Translations under genes and position numbers: made by a program
DNA from: the human T2T-CHM13v2.0 reference genome, Homo sapiens
DNA length: 64,000 nt
Strand: one strand, 5' to 3'
NCBI RefSeq assembly: GCF_009914755.1
Contig: NC_060932.1
Notes under the pieces: model-generated
Database searches by the model: none
What the model was told of the DNA's origin: nothing
The model's input: only the letters and a program-made list of their open reading frames with translations
Part shown: positions 35,038 through 49,574 of the stretch, piece by piece
Layout: every line of letters starts with the position of its first letter
How positions within the stretch are numbered: position 1 is the stretch's first letter

Positions 35038-37929
35038 TGAGAAGTTCCTATTCTAGGTCTCAGTTTTCTCCTAGGCAACATAGGAATTATGTATCTATCT
35101 TAAATGGTTGTTGTGAGTATAGTAGAACTCTCTTTCTTTCCTTATTTCTACGGGTATATTCTAAAGCCAATATGAAGGATATGAAGGGGTGATGGTTCAG
35201 AGAAAAATATACATGAGGGAAGTTATTCAAGCTAGCAGTTACTAAAAATCAGTGATTTTACAAATACCTGTTTGTCTGAATGTGCTACCCTGACATTATT
35301 TCTGTATGTATTTTTTCATAGTTTCTGTACATTCTTTCCTAACATCCAGGTTCCCCAATTTTATTGCTTCCTTAACATTTCCAAACTAAAACACTCACGT
35401 TGACCCAGATTCAAACCCCAAATGCATTATTTATGAATTTTGTAACTGTAGGCAGTTTTCTTAACCATTCTAAGGCTCAATGATCTCATCTATAAAATAA
35501 AAATAATATTAAAATAATATTAATATTTATCTCATAAAGTTGATTAAGTGGGACCAAATATGTAAAGTATTAATTTCTGTGGCATATTGTAAATGCTTAA
35601 AAGATTATTGCTATTATAAATATCATGATTACTACCATTTCAAATATCTATACCTATTATATCATTTGAAATATCTACATGGTGAGATGCAGGTTTGTTG
35701 TTAATATTATATTTGGTGTCATGAGCAACATTTAATTAAGGATATATGTACTTCCATAGCACCTACAATCAGCAGATCCTCTTATCATTGAGTTCTGGGG
35801 CAACAAACCCATGAAGCAGCAGAGCATGTTACTGTTGGGCAGACTGAGTCTCAGAGTGCTTTAGTGGCCCATAGAACATGGAACATCAGGGGCAGCTCGA
35901 GAAGTTGAAATGCCAGGAGGCATTTCCAAGTTGTAGGCGCGACTTGAAAGATTTGACAACCAAAGCCATGGATCTGATTCTGCCACACTTTTTTCTGTCT
36001 TTTCTTCCTCCATGACTTGCACACATATCCTGAGCCCCAGCATTTGAAATACTTAGAGATCCCTCAACACACTATGCTACTCCATCCCTCCAAACCTTTG
36101 CATGGCTTTACCCTGCCTGGGATGCCTTTTCAAAAGCATTTGGCCCCAAGCTCATCTAGCCAGCTTTGCACCTGTGACTCCACTGGGTGGTTAGACATCC
36201 CTCTTCATCTATAGCTTTCATGTTACATGAATAATGATAATAATAAAGGATCACATTTCTTAACGTTTTCCTATAAGCCACATGCATTATATTACTTAAG
36301 CTCTAACAAGGCAGGTATCATTACCATTCTCATTCTGTTTATGGGGAAATAGAGGCTTATAGAGTTGGAAAATCTACTCAAGATCAAAGGTTGTTCTTAG
36401 CTCATTTATTTGTATAAACTGACCTCCAGAAGACGAAGGACCCTATGAGAGTCCTCTCTGAGGCTTTTGATGGTGACCACAATGGAGGGCTTTCATTCAA
36501 TAAAGGCTATATGCAAAGACTTAGGCTCCTGATGATGTCTTTCCATCTGCCTGTGTCTAGACTCTGCCTGAGTTTCCCCCTCCCCATGCTGCCATGTACC
36601 CAGTATTCCCTACTCTCCATGTACAACAAGCAAAGCCTTTTCTAAAGAGAAGCTATATCTGCCCTTCACCAATGCAACCAGCTAAAAAGAGAAAACTTCC
36701 TCAACACAATCCACGCAATGTTCCCTGAGGGACAGCTGGTATTTAGTCATGGGTTTGAGAAATAAATCTGGGTTATAGTACCAGCTATGACCTTGACCAC
36801 CATACTATGAGTGCTTATACTTAACATATACCACCTCTGATCCTCATACTAATAGTCTCAGATAGGTTTTATTCCTTAGGATCAGAGAGGTTAATGACTT
36901 GCTAAAGATCAGCTGGTAGGAAGGCATAGCTAAAATTCAAACCCAAGTCTGTGTGACTCTAAAGACCTCTCTCTTGACCACCATTGCCTCTGGGAAAACA
37001 CTACAGCTCCAAGCACCAATAAACTCTATTAAAGAGTTTTGCAAAAGAGTGAGTTCTAGGAAATCATCCATAATCTTTAGTGGCTATTAGATCAATTTGG
37101 CAGAAACAGTAGAGGTCAAAACATTTATCAGCTTCAATTAGCACATGTTAAAATTGAAGTTCAGAAAGTAGACATGATTTACCCAAGGTCAAACAGTTTA
37201 TTAGCTACAGATATATCAGAAGACCCAAATGCACTGAGCCTCTTTAAACTTGTTTACTTTTATGTCTTCCACTATTAAATAAATATTGTACAATTGCTGG
37301 ACAGGCCAGCCAAAGGTGATAAATGGAATGGCAGAACTACTTTGTGGAGGAAGGCTGCATGGTTTACACAGATTTAGCCAATGATATAAATTTGTTAAAT
37401 TTCTTTGGTAGTTCCTAGTGTTATGTTAAATGCTTTGGGAAATAAATAAATGCAAATCATAGCTCTTACCATCAAAAACCTTATGTTTTGTTGGGAAAAA
37501 AAGGATTCAAATCTGAAATATCAAGAATAGCACAATTCAAAATAGGACACAATTAGGTGCTATGGTAGTTGGAATCACTGTCTTGGATATGGCTATACAA
37601 AGTCTTATATAGATGCAGATGGAATTCAGAAGAGACAAAAATCAGAATATAGTAACCAGTGAAGGCCTTGTGGAGAAGGAGGGATAGAGATGAGCTCTGA
37701 AGTGTAAGGATCATTTCTTTTGACTAAAGAGGAAAAGATGTTCTAGGTAAGAGAGAGGGGGTGAAGTGGGGAGAGAATGAAGGAGAGGGAGAGGAAGACC
37801 ATGCACTGGAAGAATGGGGAATCATTTTAGTGAAGACTTTGCTAATTGCAAAGAAGGGAAACCTATTCATGTCACCTCAGGAAAAGGAGGTTCATTGTAG
37901 GGATGCATATAAATATAATGAATAAAACA

Positions 37930-38160
37930 ACACTGTCATAATAATGGCTATAAAATTATCAAGCAATTATTATGTGCCAGGGATTATGCTAAAACTCTGT
38001 CTACAATCCCTCAGGACATGATATTGTCTACTATAGCTTCATTATACTTGTAGGAAAACTGAGGCCCAGAAAGGCTAAATAACTTACCCAAGGTCACACA
38101 GGTGGAATCTAATTTCAGGCGGAATAATTTTAGAACCTGTACTCCTAAACTTGTGCTCCT
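37930..38160 (-). mobile_element. MIR
   Basis: GGAAAACTGAGGCCCAGAAAGGCTAAATAACTTACCCAAGGTCACACAG. Confidence 0.75.
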
Positions 38161-38261
38161 CTTTGTTCTCCATATAGCTCCTCTATATCCTCCATATACA
38201 ACAAGCAAAGCCTTTTCTAAAGAGAAGCTATATTAAATGGGCTAGAATTAGGCCCTGAAGC

Positions 38262-38270
38262 CTCTCTGTC

Positions 38271-38323
<53 letters not shown>

Positions 38324-38348
38324 ATGTGTGTGTATGTATGTATATGTG
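38262..38348 (+). repeat. (CT)n(GT)n compound dinucleotide repeat
   Basis: Read directly. Confidence 0.95.
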
Positions 38349-39822
38349 AGTCTCAAATATCTCAGAAAATCCCAATTATAACATCTCTATTGACTTCTGC
38401 CTGTCTGTTAGACCCTCGCAACCAGCCAGCCCTGTCATAACTTCAGCTTATCTGGGGACCACACTCTCTGTCCCAGTCCTGACTCGACCTAGGGGCCTCT
38501 GGGTTCAGCTTCCAAGTGGGTCAACCCTGACTATTATTTTACTAATCATGGACTCCCTATTGAGGATTCTCATTGCCTTGGTCCCTCGGTTAGTCTCAGG
38601 TCATGCCAGTCACAGCCTCCTAATCTATGGACCGCTTTTCAATCAGATGCTTAGCCTTGGTGTCCAGTCAGCTGTGGCTTGGTGCGAACGAGAGAATTCA
38701 CATGTTCAACTGCTCATCCAGCTGGTGCTGTAGACACAACAGTGTCCTGTGAAGGATAAGATTAACAGAGCAGGCAATGACCTCGGGAAAAGCATTTTTT
38801 TCAATAACCCAATAGAGTTATTTCCTTTCTTTCTAAACAAAGGACTTTAGAGATAGAAGGGACTTCAGATTCATTCCCATTTTACACATGACCATATTAA
38901 AGCTGAGGGAGCCACACTGCAGCCTCAGGATCACCTCAGAAATGAATGGGAAAGCTGAGACCAGAATTCTAGTTTCTTGCTCCTACAATCCAGCTCTCTT
39001 TTCCTTATGGCACATTGGGATCTATAATGAACATTAAACTGCAAACACCTTGAAAAGCACTTCAGTCTCAAGACACTACTTACTTTTGTAGCCTCATGTG
39101 CCTTTGAAAGAACTGAGGGTCAAAAGAACTGTTTGCTTCTAATTGTCCCAATAAATTTTAAAAGTGTTATTACATTGTAGTGATTAAGAACTGGTAAGAG
39201 TAGACACAATATGATAAGATCAAGGCCATGAAGCTTAATAGTCCTTAGCTGATTGTCAGTCTTTTTTTTTTTTTTAAGAATAAATAATTCTACCCAGGAC
39301 TCTAAAGCACCCAGATCCAGCACTTTATATTTCCTGTCATAAAATTCCTGAACTGGAGCAGCTGCCTGCTGGAGTGAGGGTTGCTCCAGTAAATACTGGG
39401 GTTCCGATCCCCACAGCATAGCCAGCCTGGCCTGTGAGCTGAGCCCCAAAGAAAGGCAGAACAGATTTCTATGCAAAGAGATGTGACTTTTCACACGCTG
39501 AAATACAGTCTCTTCTTATTGTTGTCTAACACCTTCCTCCTTTCTCTTTCTCTCTCCCTGCTTTTTTATTTCCTTCCTTCCTTCCTTTGGCACAGAGTTA
39601 AGAGAAAAATGTTGGATAGCAAAACTATCTCCTATAGTTAACAATGGAATTTTGTGAACCTAGGACTGATGAGTGAAGCATAATTATAAGTGTCATATTT
39701 TCATATCCGCTATATACGAGAACTAGATTTGTAACTTTACTGAACTCACCCCCTCGATTCTACTTTGCAAGGTGGTCGTTACTATTCCTATGTTATAGAG
39801 GAGAAAACAGTCAGCAAAGTTC

Positions 39823-40185
<363 letters not shown>

Positions 40186-41348
40186 TAGAATCCATTTAAT
40201 GGTCCATTGATTGACTTGATTCGATTGATTGATTAAAATCTCCATAAAAGCAAATTTTAGTGTTGGCAAGAAACCACTTAAGTTAAAGAAGTTTCCATGA
40301 AGGACAGATCCATGATTGACCCAGATTTCCTCAAGGGCTACATTTAATATGAAATAGCAAATTTCCCTTCATTAATGTTAAACTGAATAAAATGTGTAGT
40401 AGGTTCTACCAAAATCTTATTATCTTTTTGTAACACATCACAAGTCAACATCTGCCATTCTTCCAAATTCCGTGCATTTTGCTGAGAATTGTATTGCTGT
40501 GTCTCTCAGCACCGTGACAATCCAAGTAGCAGTAAAGGTGGGAAGAAGGGTTTCTGATGTTATTTTGTCCATGGTCTAGTTCTCCTTTTACATTCATTCC
40601 AAGGATAATCACAAAAGAATATTGTGTTTGATGAATCAGGCTACCTAAATGTCACATGTCAGTGGAACTGTTTCTCATCAAGAAAATATGGAAAATACCG
40701 ATTTCATTATGTAACAGTTTAAAGCAATGAGTAGTGACAAAATCCAAAACAAAGGAACTGCCTATTATGCAAACGCCTGGCCACTCAAAGCCATTCGAAA
40801 CCATTATTGCTTAGACGAGATCAAGTAAAATCAAAGTGCAAGTAGTCTGAGTTCTCTGGACTCACATGATACTAGATTATATGTGTTTGTGGATATGTTT
40901 CTGTAGCCACAAGCCCTCACAAGCTTAAGGTATGGAATCCTCCTCAGGGGAAGTACAGACAAGACAAAGCTGAATACTCCGAGGGAAAGAAGAGTTAGGG
41001 GAAGACTGAAGTCTGATACAGGGAAGTAACAATATGCCACATCTGGAGTATAAACCCAAGGTGCCAATTTGCTGGAGTGCAAGCAAGGGAGAACAGAAGC
41101 TGATCTGTGTGGTCCTGCACAGATTCTGGGGCAGCAGAGCTTCATCTAAAGACCTAGAGTATGGGCAGTGCCACTGGTGTCTCAGTTCCTCTATCAGAGT
41201 ATTTATCAATCTGCATTATTTTCTAATTAGCTATGTGTTTCCCCTCTAAAGGCTGCATTTCTATAAGATGGGAATTATTTCTTATTCAACCCTGTGTAGT
41301 CAGCACCCATAGAGCCCAGGAACTGTATAGCTGCTCAAAAGTGCTGGC

Positions 41349-41563
41349 AAAAGTGGAAGCTAAACATTGAGCACACATGGACATAAAGAGGGAAATGATA
41401 GACACTGTGGACTACTAGAGGGTGGGAGCGGGTTAATAACCTACCTGTCATGTGCTATACTCACTACTCAGGTGATGGGAGCCATACTCCAAACCTCAGC
41501 ATCACACAGTAGTTCCATGTAACAAATCTGGACTTTTTGTTTTCAACAAATAAAAGTTGAAAA
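41349..41563 (+). mobile_element. L1PA16/L1PB-like 3'-end fragment
   Basis: AAGTGGAAGCTAAACATTGAG..GGACTACTAGAGGG..CCAAACCTCAGCATCAC..AATAAAAGTTGAAA. Confidence 0.8.
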
Positions 41564-42739
41564 CATAAAGTATATTGGCACTTGGGATTTCTTCCGCATG
41601 TACCATACTCGAAAATACTTGAGATCCAGAAAGAGACACTCTCTGCATCTCTCGGGTAGTTAATCTTAATGATAATATTTAATGCAATGTCTATCCCTGG
41701 GAGGATGATATCTTTGAGCAACTTTTTCCCCTGAGCATAATAACTTTTTCATTCCAACAATTTGTCTCTCCTCAAATATAAGGTACTACGCCTTATACGA
41801 GGTATTGTCTTGGAGAAATAGAGCCAATATTGACAGATTGTACTGTGTTCCCAAATTAGCAATCTAGCACCCCCACAAGAGCTGTGGAAGGCCCCCTTCA
41901 GATGGAAAAGCTGGGGGGAAGCAAAACGTGGCTGAAATAAAAGTGTCTACAAAACTTGCTGCAGTTGCACCAAGGAAATATATTTCATACTCTTTTCTCG
42001 ATTAGCATTCTAATGGTTTCTGACTCAGGTCTAACAGCTTGGAGTGAATATTACAGGCAATTGTGTAAATAATACAGGTTTTTTTTCAGTGTGTCCAAAT
42101 GTATAATTAAATGGATAATGTTACAGCTCCCCAAACCCACTAAGTCCTGCTGCCTAAATGGAGAGCTTTTGAAATTTCATCCCAGTACATGGTTATATGA
42201 TACATTGCTTTTATGGCCCGCTGGGCAAATGACTAGTGGTTTGGAAAGGAGCTGAATGCATATTTATAATGGTGAGCGCAGTGATGTTCAAAGGGCCAGT
42301 AAAATCGCTCCAGTAAATAACATGAATTATACAAAAGCATCTCTTTATGTATCTGAACTTTTCTGATGCAGGATGTGTGTCAACACGAACACACTTCATC
42401 TCCTAAATGTTTGCAGGTAACTCTTGTTTTGAATTCTATGCAATCAGATGTCAGGGTTAACCAAACTCGAAGGAGAAATTCTATTTCTGAAATCCTTCTA
42501 CTTTGTTCAATGTCTTCTCGATTTCTCAGGGAGTACAGTTTCCATTATCAATAAAATGGGCCCAGTTTTGAACCCAAGCTTTTATGTCTGTGTTCAGCCT
42601 TTTGCTCACATATTTAACAGAAACTTCCAAAAATGAGGACAAACCAGCAAGACTTGCATTTGCGACTTTAAGAGCCATGAGTGGGGATGGGACTGGATGG
42701 GCATCCCCTGTGCATGTGAACCGTGGTGTACTTAGAATC

Positions 42740-43360
42740 CTAAGCCTCGCTGCTTGCCCTTCACCAGACAGCTGTGCAACCTCAATAGAGCCTCCTCACA
42801 CCTCTGAACCTCAGTTTCCTCATCTATAAGCAGTAAATAATCATATCTTCCCTCCCTCCCACCCATTTTGTTTATAATGGTTGAATGAGATAATACACAT
42901 GAAAGCACGTGGCTCATACTATAAGCCCACAGTTAGCAATTTATAAAATAAGTATGTTTTACTCATGACTTCACTTATTCAACAAATATTTGGGATAGGA
43001 TAATAGGCCAAGGGCTGTGCTAGGAATGGTGGATAAAACAATAACAAAGAGGCAGGTCCCTGCCCTACAGAAAAGTACAGTTTAGTGGAAAATAAAAATA
43101 ACTAAACAGTTCAAATGTAATAGAAGATGTGTTACAATGGGGAAAGGAAGAAAGGATGCCATGGGTTGAGATGAAACATTTATTTCCGTTTTGGGAATAG
43201 GGGTTAAGGTTGGTGAGAAAAGTTTTGGGGAAAATAGGACACATCAATAGGAATTGGGTCTTTGACATTAAAAGGGAAATGAACCAAGAGAGGAAGGTTT
43301 TCAAGCTGAGACATGAGCACATGGAAAGGTTTGGGCAAAGGAGAGCTGCAGTCTGGTTGC
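42740..43360. mobile_element. MIR followed by an antisense L2 3' fragment
   Basis: CTCTGAACCTCAGTTTCCTCATCTATAA, then ATTCAACAAATATTTG..GGTCCCTGCCCT. Confidence 0.6.
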
Positions 43361-43429
43361 CAGAGGAGGAGTTGATAAGATGAGGTTGGGTGGGGGAAAA
43401 ACCAGCCTGTGAAAAGACCTGTGAGTCTT

Positions 43430-43793
43430 TCATATGATTTGGCTGTGTCCCCACCCAAATCTCATCTTTAATTGTAGCTCCCGTAATTCCCATGTGTTAC
43501 GGGAGAGATGTATTGGGAGATAATTGAATCATGGGGGCAGTTTTCCCCATACTGTTCTCATGGTAGTAAATATGTCCTAAGAGATCTGATGGTTTTATAA
43601 GGGGAAACACCATTCACTTGATTCTCATTCTCTCTCTTGCCTGCTGCCATGTAAGACATGCGTTTTACCTTCCACCATGATTGTGAGGCCTCTCCAGCCA
43701 CGTGAAACTGTGAGTCCATTAAACCTCTTTTTCTTTACAAATTACCCAGTCTCGGGTATGTCTTTATCAGCAGTGTGAAAACAGACTAATACA
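43430..43793 (+). mobile_element. THE1 (MaLR) solo LTR
   Basis: TTTGGCTGTGTCCCCACCCAAATCTCATC...ATTAAACCTCTTTT...CAGACTAATACA. Perfect 5-bp TSD GTCTT at 43425-43429 and 43794-43798. Confidence 0.95.
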
Positions 43794-44220
43794 GTCTTGT
43801 TGAAGGGGATGCCCCCAGCAGTTCTCCTTGGCCCCAGAAGCATAGGCATGGCCTCCAAAACTGCTGGCCACTATCCTTAGACCTTTCTTCAAGGGAGCTG
43901 TGAGATCCCTTATATTCTTCCTTCTCCTAAGCTTGGAAGTCAGCAGCTGCCTCTCTTCAACCCAGGCAATATGACCCTTCCTAGGTAATGTGCTCCTTCA
44001 TAGGCTTTTTGGAGGTTAGAGAAGGTTCCATTTCAAATACACTTGAAGTGTAATGTAAGAAGTACCTCCACCTGGGAAAAGGAGCGCTACAAACCTGGTG
44101 CATTTCCTAGCTTAATCCCTAGGTCTTTTTCAAACTGGGAGCACTTCCCATCACTGGGCTTGGAAATCACTGCAGTGGGCTTTGATCACCATTACTTTAG
44201 ATAAGATTAGAATAGAAAAT

Positions 44221-44330
44221 TAGAATAGGATAGGATAGGATAGGATAGCATAGCATAGCATAGCATAGCATAGCATAGCATAGCATAGCATAGCATAGCA
44301 TAGCATAGCATAGAATAGAATAGAATAGAA
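44221..44330 (+). repeat. TAGAA (TAGGA)4 (TAGCA)13 (TAGAA)4 compound pentanucleotide repeat
   Basis: Counted directly. Confidence 0.97.
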
Positions 44331-46104
44331 TAAAAAATCAACTGCCTGGCTTTAGAAGAGGATACTATACCATGAAGTACTTTATTTCGATTATATATAT
44401 TTGTATGTATGTGTACACTAGATTGCAAGGTAAAATAAATTTCTTGCTGTGAGTTTCTGTCAAAAACTCACACCACAAAAAAAAGACACCACTTAAGCTG
44501 AAGCAGGATGTGAGGTTTGGCCAACTAGTTTCTGTGGAATATGCTGTTAATAGATGTTTCACAAAATAAAATTAACACTAGCAAGTTTTTCTTCTAATAT
44601 ATAATTATATTTTAAGAGCACAAGAACCTAAATACACATATATAATTATGTGACATTGTACTATAAGAAATAATGTGCTTTCCAAAGAATAAGTTGCCTG
44701 AGATCCCCTGCTGTGTGACAGAAGGAACTGCTGAAAGCACTGTGTACATGATCATCACAGGTCCCATAATGCATCCTTTCAACACGTCTCAACATATTTT
44801 AGTGTTTATTACTCATCGAAAATATATATCCTCAAGAATGACTGTTGATTCTATTAATACTTCATAGTTTTTAAAATATTCTGTGGTCAAATAAGTTTGG
44901 GCATTCTATCACACAGCAGGAGATCTAGTTGTTTTAGATTTAGGAAGGACATGAGTGAATATTGAATCACCTCATTTGGAAGTGAGATTACAGAAACCCT
45001 GGCCTGTGACACACCTTGCCTAAATAATCATAAAAGCAGGTATCATGTGTTGAGAACTTACCATATGCCTGTTCCTTAGCTAAGCAGTAATACACATTAC
45101 TTTATTTAATTCTTAAATGGTGGAACAGGCACTCAAGTCCAGGTCTAGCAAATTCCAAGCTGAAGAATAGGGGGACTCTCATACCTCATTCTCCCAATGC
45201 CATAAAGAAGGGCACTTCTTTTCTTCTTCACCCCAGTCTCTCCCTCTGCCTCATACTCATTACTCTTTTCTACTTTATTCTACCAAAGACTATGGGCATG
45301 AGCCATGCCGGAGCCCCTCCATGCCTGTGGGTAACACACAGACTCTAGGTTGCACATCCAAATAGTCTCAAGTCAGATCCTGAAGTTTATATTTAGAGGA
45401 AAAACTAGGAAACCTAGTTTTGGGCTTGGTTTTCAGCCACAAGCTTTATTGAAGACCCTTGAACATTCAGAGTGATGGTGTCATTTTCATCAAGTGGATT
45501 GTTTTATTCCCTTTTGGTTTCTTGGGACTATGCTCTATCATTGAGAAGCCAGAAATAGAGGCACAGGTAAGGGCAAAAAACAGTTTTGACCATCATTCTG
45601 TGATTTCACAACCAGTCAGTTTCGAAAATACCACAAGTACACTTTGTTCCCTAATCTTAGTGAATTAGAGAAAATAATAATACTTTGAGCCAATGTCTTC
45701 AGGGATTTTAAATATCCCGGAGGTATTTATACCAGTCCTTTAAAAAGCAGACACACTAAATATATCTTAAATCATATTGCTTTTCTTGATGTATCATTAT
45801 TTAAGATAAGTTGATTTATCATTATTTAAGAAACGTTGATTAAGATAAATCAACAAAAGGTGGAAACTGAGTGGAACCTGACAGAGCATATAACACAATC
45901 TGCTTATGTTAGAGTTGAAGAAATGGACACTGTAAGTGAGGTGTGATGAAAAGTGTTCCCAGGGCTTTGACATTTCAGTTCTTGGGTCTCTTTGATTCCA
46001 TCAGTGTAGTGTCTGGCTTTGCCGTAAACTAGCTTGCATATCTTTCAGTTCTTGCAAAGTCCCGATCTCACTTCACATAAATGGGATAGGTGGCTTGGTA
46101 AAGC

Positions 46105-46150
<46 letters not shown>

Positions 46151-46168
46151 CGTGTATGTCTGTGTGTA
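46105..46168 (+). repeat. (TA)n(TG)n(CG)n alternating purine-pyrimidine tract
   Basis: Read directly. Confidence 0.95.
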
Positions 46169-46754
46169 TGGCCCTGAAGGCCAAGAAGAATAGTAAAATG
46201 ACCTAAATATATTCCTTAGAAAAAAATAATTAAGAAAATATTTCTAGACATATTTTTGCAGCCTTTGTTTGCTTTCAAGGGAGCCCCAGGCAAGAATAGA
46301 AATAGAGACAAAGGTGGCTGAAGCTAGGATGAAGGCAGAAAATGCTATTTGAATGAATAGGCCTGGATTCTACTTCAATCCCCACAAGAGGACTGAAGCC
46401 AAATTCTGCAAGAGTAAAATGTCTCCTTCTGTTTAGCTAGCTTCTCCAAGGAAGCCAGGGGTGTTACATACGGCCCTCCTATGCTCATAGTGCTGAGGAG
46501 CAGGAAAGAGGAAAGAGGAGAAAGGCAGCATGGGGGAGCATTAGTATCTCTCCTAGACATCTTGTAGCCCAAAGAACTGTGCTACTCTCCAGGAGAAAGG
46601 GAAATAGTTAGGAGACAACTCTCTAAAACATAATGGATCTGGAAAATCGACAATTCTGTTTTATAATGTCCTAAGTACTGCATTTTGCAACTAGATAGTA
46701 CTTAAGATAAAACCCATGCACTGTTCTGTGAACTCTCTCAATATGGTGCCCAAG

Positions 46755-47112
46755 TGCCACGGACTGACTATATTGTCCCCTCAAAATTCATATGTTGAAG
46801 TCCCGACCCCCAATGTGATGGTATTAGGAGGTGAGACCTTTGGGATGTGATTAGGTCATGAGGGTAGAGCCCTCATGAATGGGATTAGTGCCCTTATAAA
46901 AGATACCCTGGAGAGCTCTGTTTCCCCTTCTGACTTGTGAGTATGCAGCAAAAAGACTGCCATTTAGGAACCAGAAAACACCAGACACCAAATCTGCTGG
47001 CACTTTGATCTTGGACTTCCCAGCCTCCACAACTTAAGAAATAAATTTCTGTTGATTATAAGCCACCCAGGGTATGTTACTTTTGCTATAGCAGCCCAGA
47101 TGGACCAAAGAA
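46755..47112 (+). mobile_element. MLT1A-like solo LTR
   Basis: GTCCCCTCAAAATTCATATGTTGAAG..GCCCTCATGAATGGGATTAGTGCCCTTATAAAAG..AATAAATTTCTGTTG..TATAGCAGCCC. Confidence 0.9.
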
Positions 47113-47307
47113 CCAAGTATCTGCTGCCTAACATTGTTTTTTCTAAGATTACTTTCAATAATCTACATAGAGATCTTCATGAGAACCTTTTTCTGAAACA
47201 CCAGAAAGCCCTTTAAACTCTAGTCCAGCCTTCCTATTTTACTGAACAGCAAAATGAACCCCAGAAAAGGGATGTGACTGGGCACATCCAGGGACAGAGC
47301 TGGGTAG

Positions 47308-47646
<339 letters not shown>

Positions 47647-49574
47647 AGCAGAGCCTATTCTGCTGTGGTCCCTGGAACTTGCTACACAGCTGCTTGGTCA
47701 TACTCCATCTTCCTGACATGGAGTTAAGACTTTGTTCTAAGTTGTATTTTTTATTTCTAGTGATCCCTAGTGTTCTAATAGTCCAACACTCTGAAAAACA
47801 GGAAAACATTTTTCCTTGTGGTTGCCATGGTTTTTACAGTGGAATAAACAAATTCAGCAGAGAATGTTTAAACAGAGGAGGCCTCTGAATGATGGAAACA
47901 ATTGGCCATCTATTAATATTTACATTAAGAAAAAGCATATATCAGGTGTGTACTTGATAGAGGGAAACCCGTTTTTGTTAGAACAAAAGCTTAAGTGATA
48001 CTGATTGACTGGTCAGGAGGAGGAAAGTTTCCTTGACAACTGGCAATAATCACTGTGCCTTCAAATAAAAAACTAGTCTCTTTTCTTTCATCATCTCTTT
48101 CTACTTCTTTTTTTAAAGAAATTAATTTAAAGATGATTAGTCCTGACTCAAAAAGTTGGAGAAACCTTTGAAAAGTGAGTAAATATTATTACAAATTTGT
48201 GGGTGATTTTTCTTATCTTTCCATTTGGTAATTCTAGGTGATCTGGTTTAGTCAGCATGACTATGTGTCTTCTCTCCTCAGGCCTTCCTAAAGCCAAAGA
48301 AAACAAAAATGGCATTGAATGCTATGCTCCAGAATTAAGCAAATTCACTTTCTGCATCCACCCTTCAATAAAGGGCCCAAAACTACTCATGTATGCAATT
48401 GTAGCAGGTGTTTTTCAGGACAAAAATACCCTAATATTTCAAAAGTGTTCAAAAATGGGAACCAGTGCTAGGGCAAACTCCAGAGAGATCCCCAGTACTT
48501 TTCTGTGGCTGAAGAAGTCTGTTCACAGAAGGCTCCATCTGGCTGTGGTAGACAGGTGCAAGAAGACACACATGCATACACACACGAGCACGGCTTGCCT
48601 AAGTTCTGTATATCTCACCTGGCTTGGGTTCCTCTACCATTGTAATTTCCGTTAATGATCAGAGGCCCCCTTCAAACATACTCTGAGAATTTACATGAGG
48701 GAGGCCAACAAACCCATCAGGCTCAGCTCTTTAGTTTCAAGTGTTTTTTCCATTTCACACATGTTTGAGACTTCACTGAATTTGCCATCAAAGGACATTG
48801 GCAAGAAATTTGCTAAAAGAACCATCCTGTTACCATCGGAAGGTGCATTAAGACTTGGATTATTAAACTGGAAAACATCAAGTCAATTTCTTTGGTGTCT
48901 TTTTGCATTAGATATATTTCTTACTTAGTAGACTTAATTTTTCCAAAAGAATCATAAACTCTAGGTGTAAGATGTGGGTTCTCACTAAAGAATTTCACAG
49001 AATAATTAGGAAAAGAATGAAATAGAAATTGGCGACAGGTTACAAATGAACACATTCAAAACCTTAAGCCACATAACAAAATGTGACTTTCAATGTGAAA
49101 TAATAAGAGCATTTTACTTAAATGATAGAATGCATTGCACTTCAAACGGATAGTTATGTTGTTAAAGATGCTGTTTCCTTTCATTATTTTTAAACCTATG
49201 CTCCCAATTCCATCCTACCAAAAAAATTCTTACTATTATGACCCTTGGGAAAAATGAACCAATTCATACAGCCAAGTTTTACACTTCCTTTAAGAACTGT
49301 GACTTTCAATTACAAACTGTCTTATCCTAAATAAACTTAAGTTAAAAAAAAAAAAAACCATACAATATGTTCCTTGTTGCTTCACATTAACCACAATCTA
49401 CCTTGTTTAAATATTAACTAGTTTTGTCTTATGTATAAACTGCTTATTAAATGTTGACTTGCTGATGGAATGAAGGAAGACCTAATCTATTGCTTGTTGT
49501 GTCTGAGAAGCAGGTACTCCAGGTACAGTATCTATAATCTTGGCGTAAGACATCTAGTTACTATTCCCATTTTC

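Noticed and set aside
45401-45421. Perfect 9-bp hairpin AAAACTAGG-AAA-CCTAGTTTT resembling a terminator
   Set aside because: The context is eukaryotic, and a stem this short can arise by chance in 64 kb.
48257-48655. 132-aa ORF in unique DNA
   Set aside because: No recognisable homology, composition bias or exon structure. The length is within the range expected by chance.
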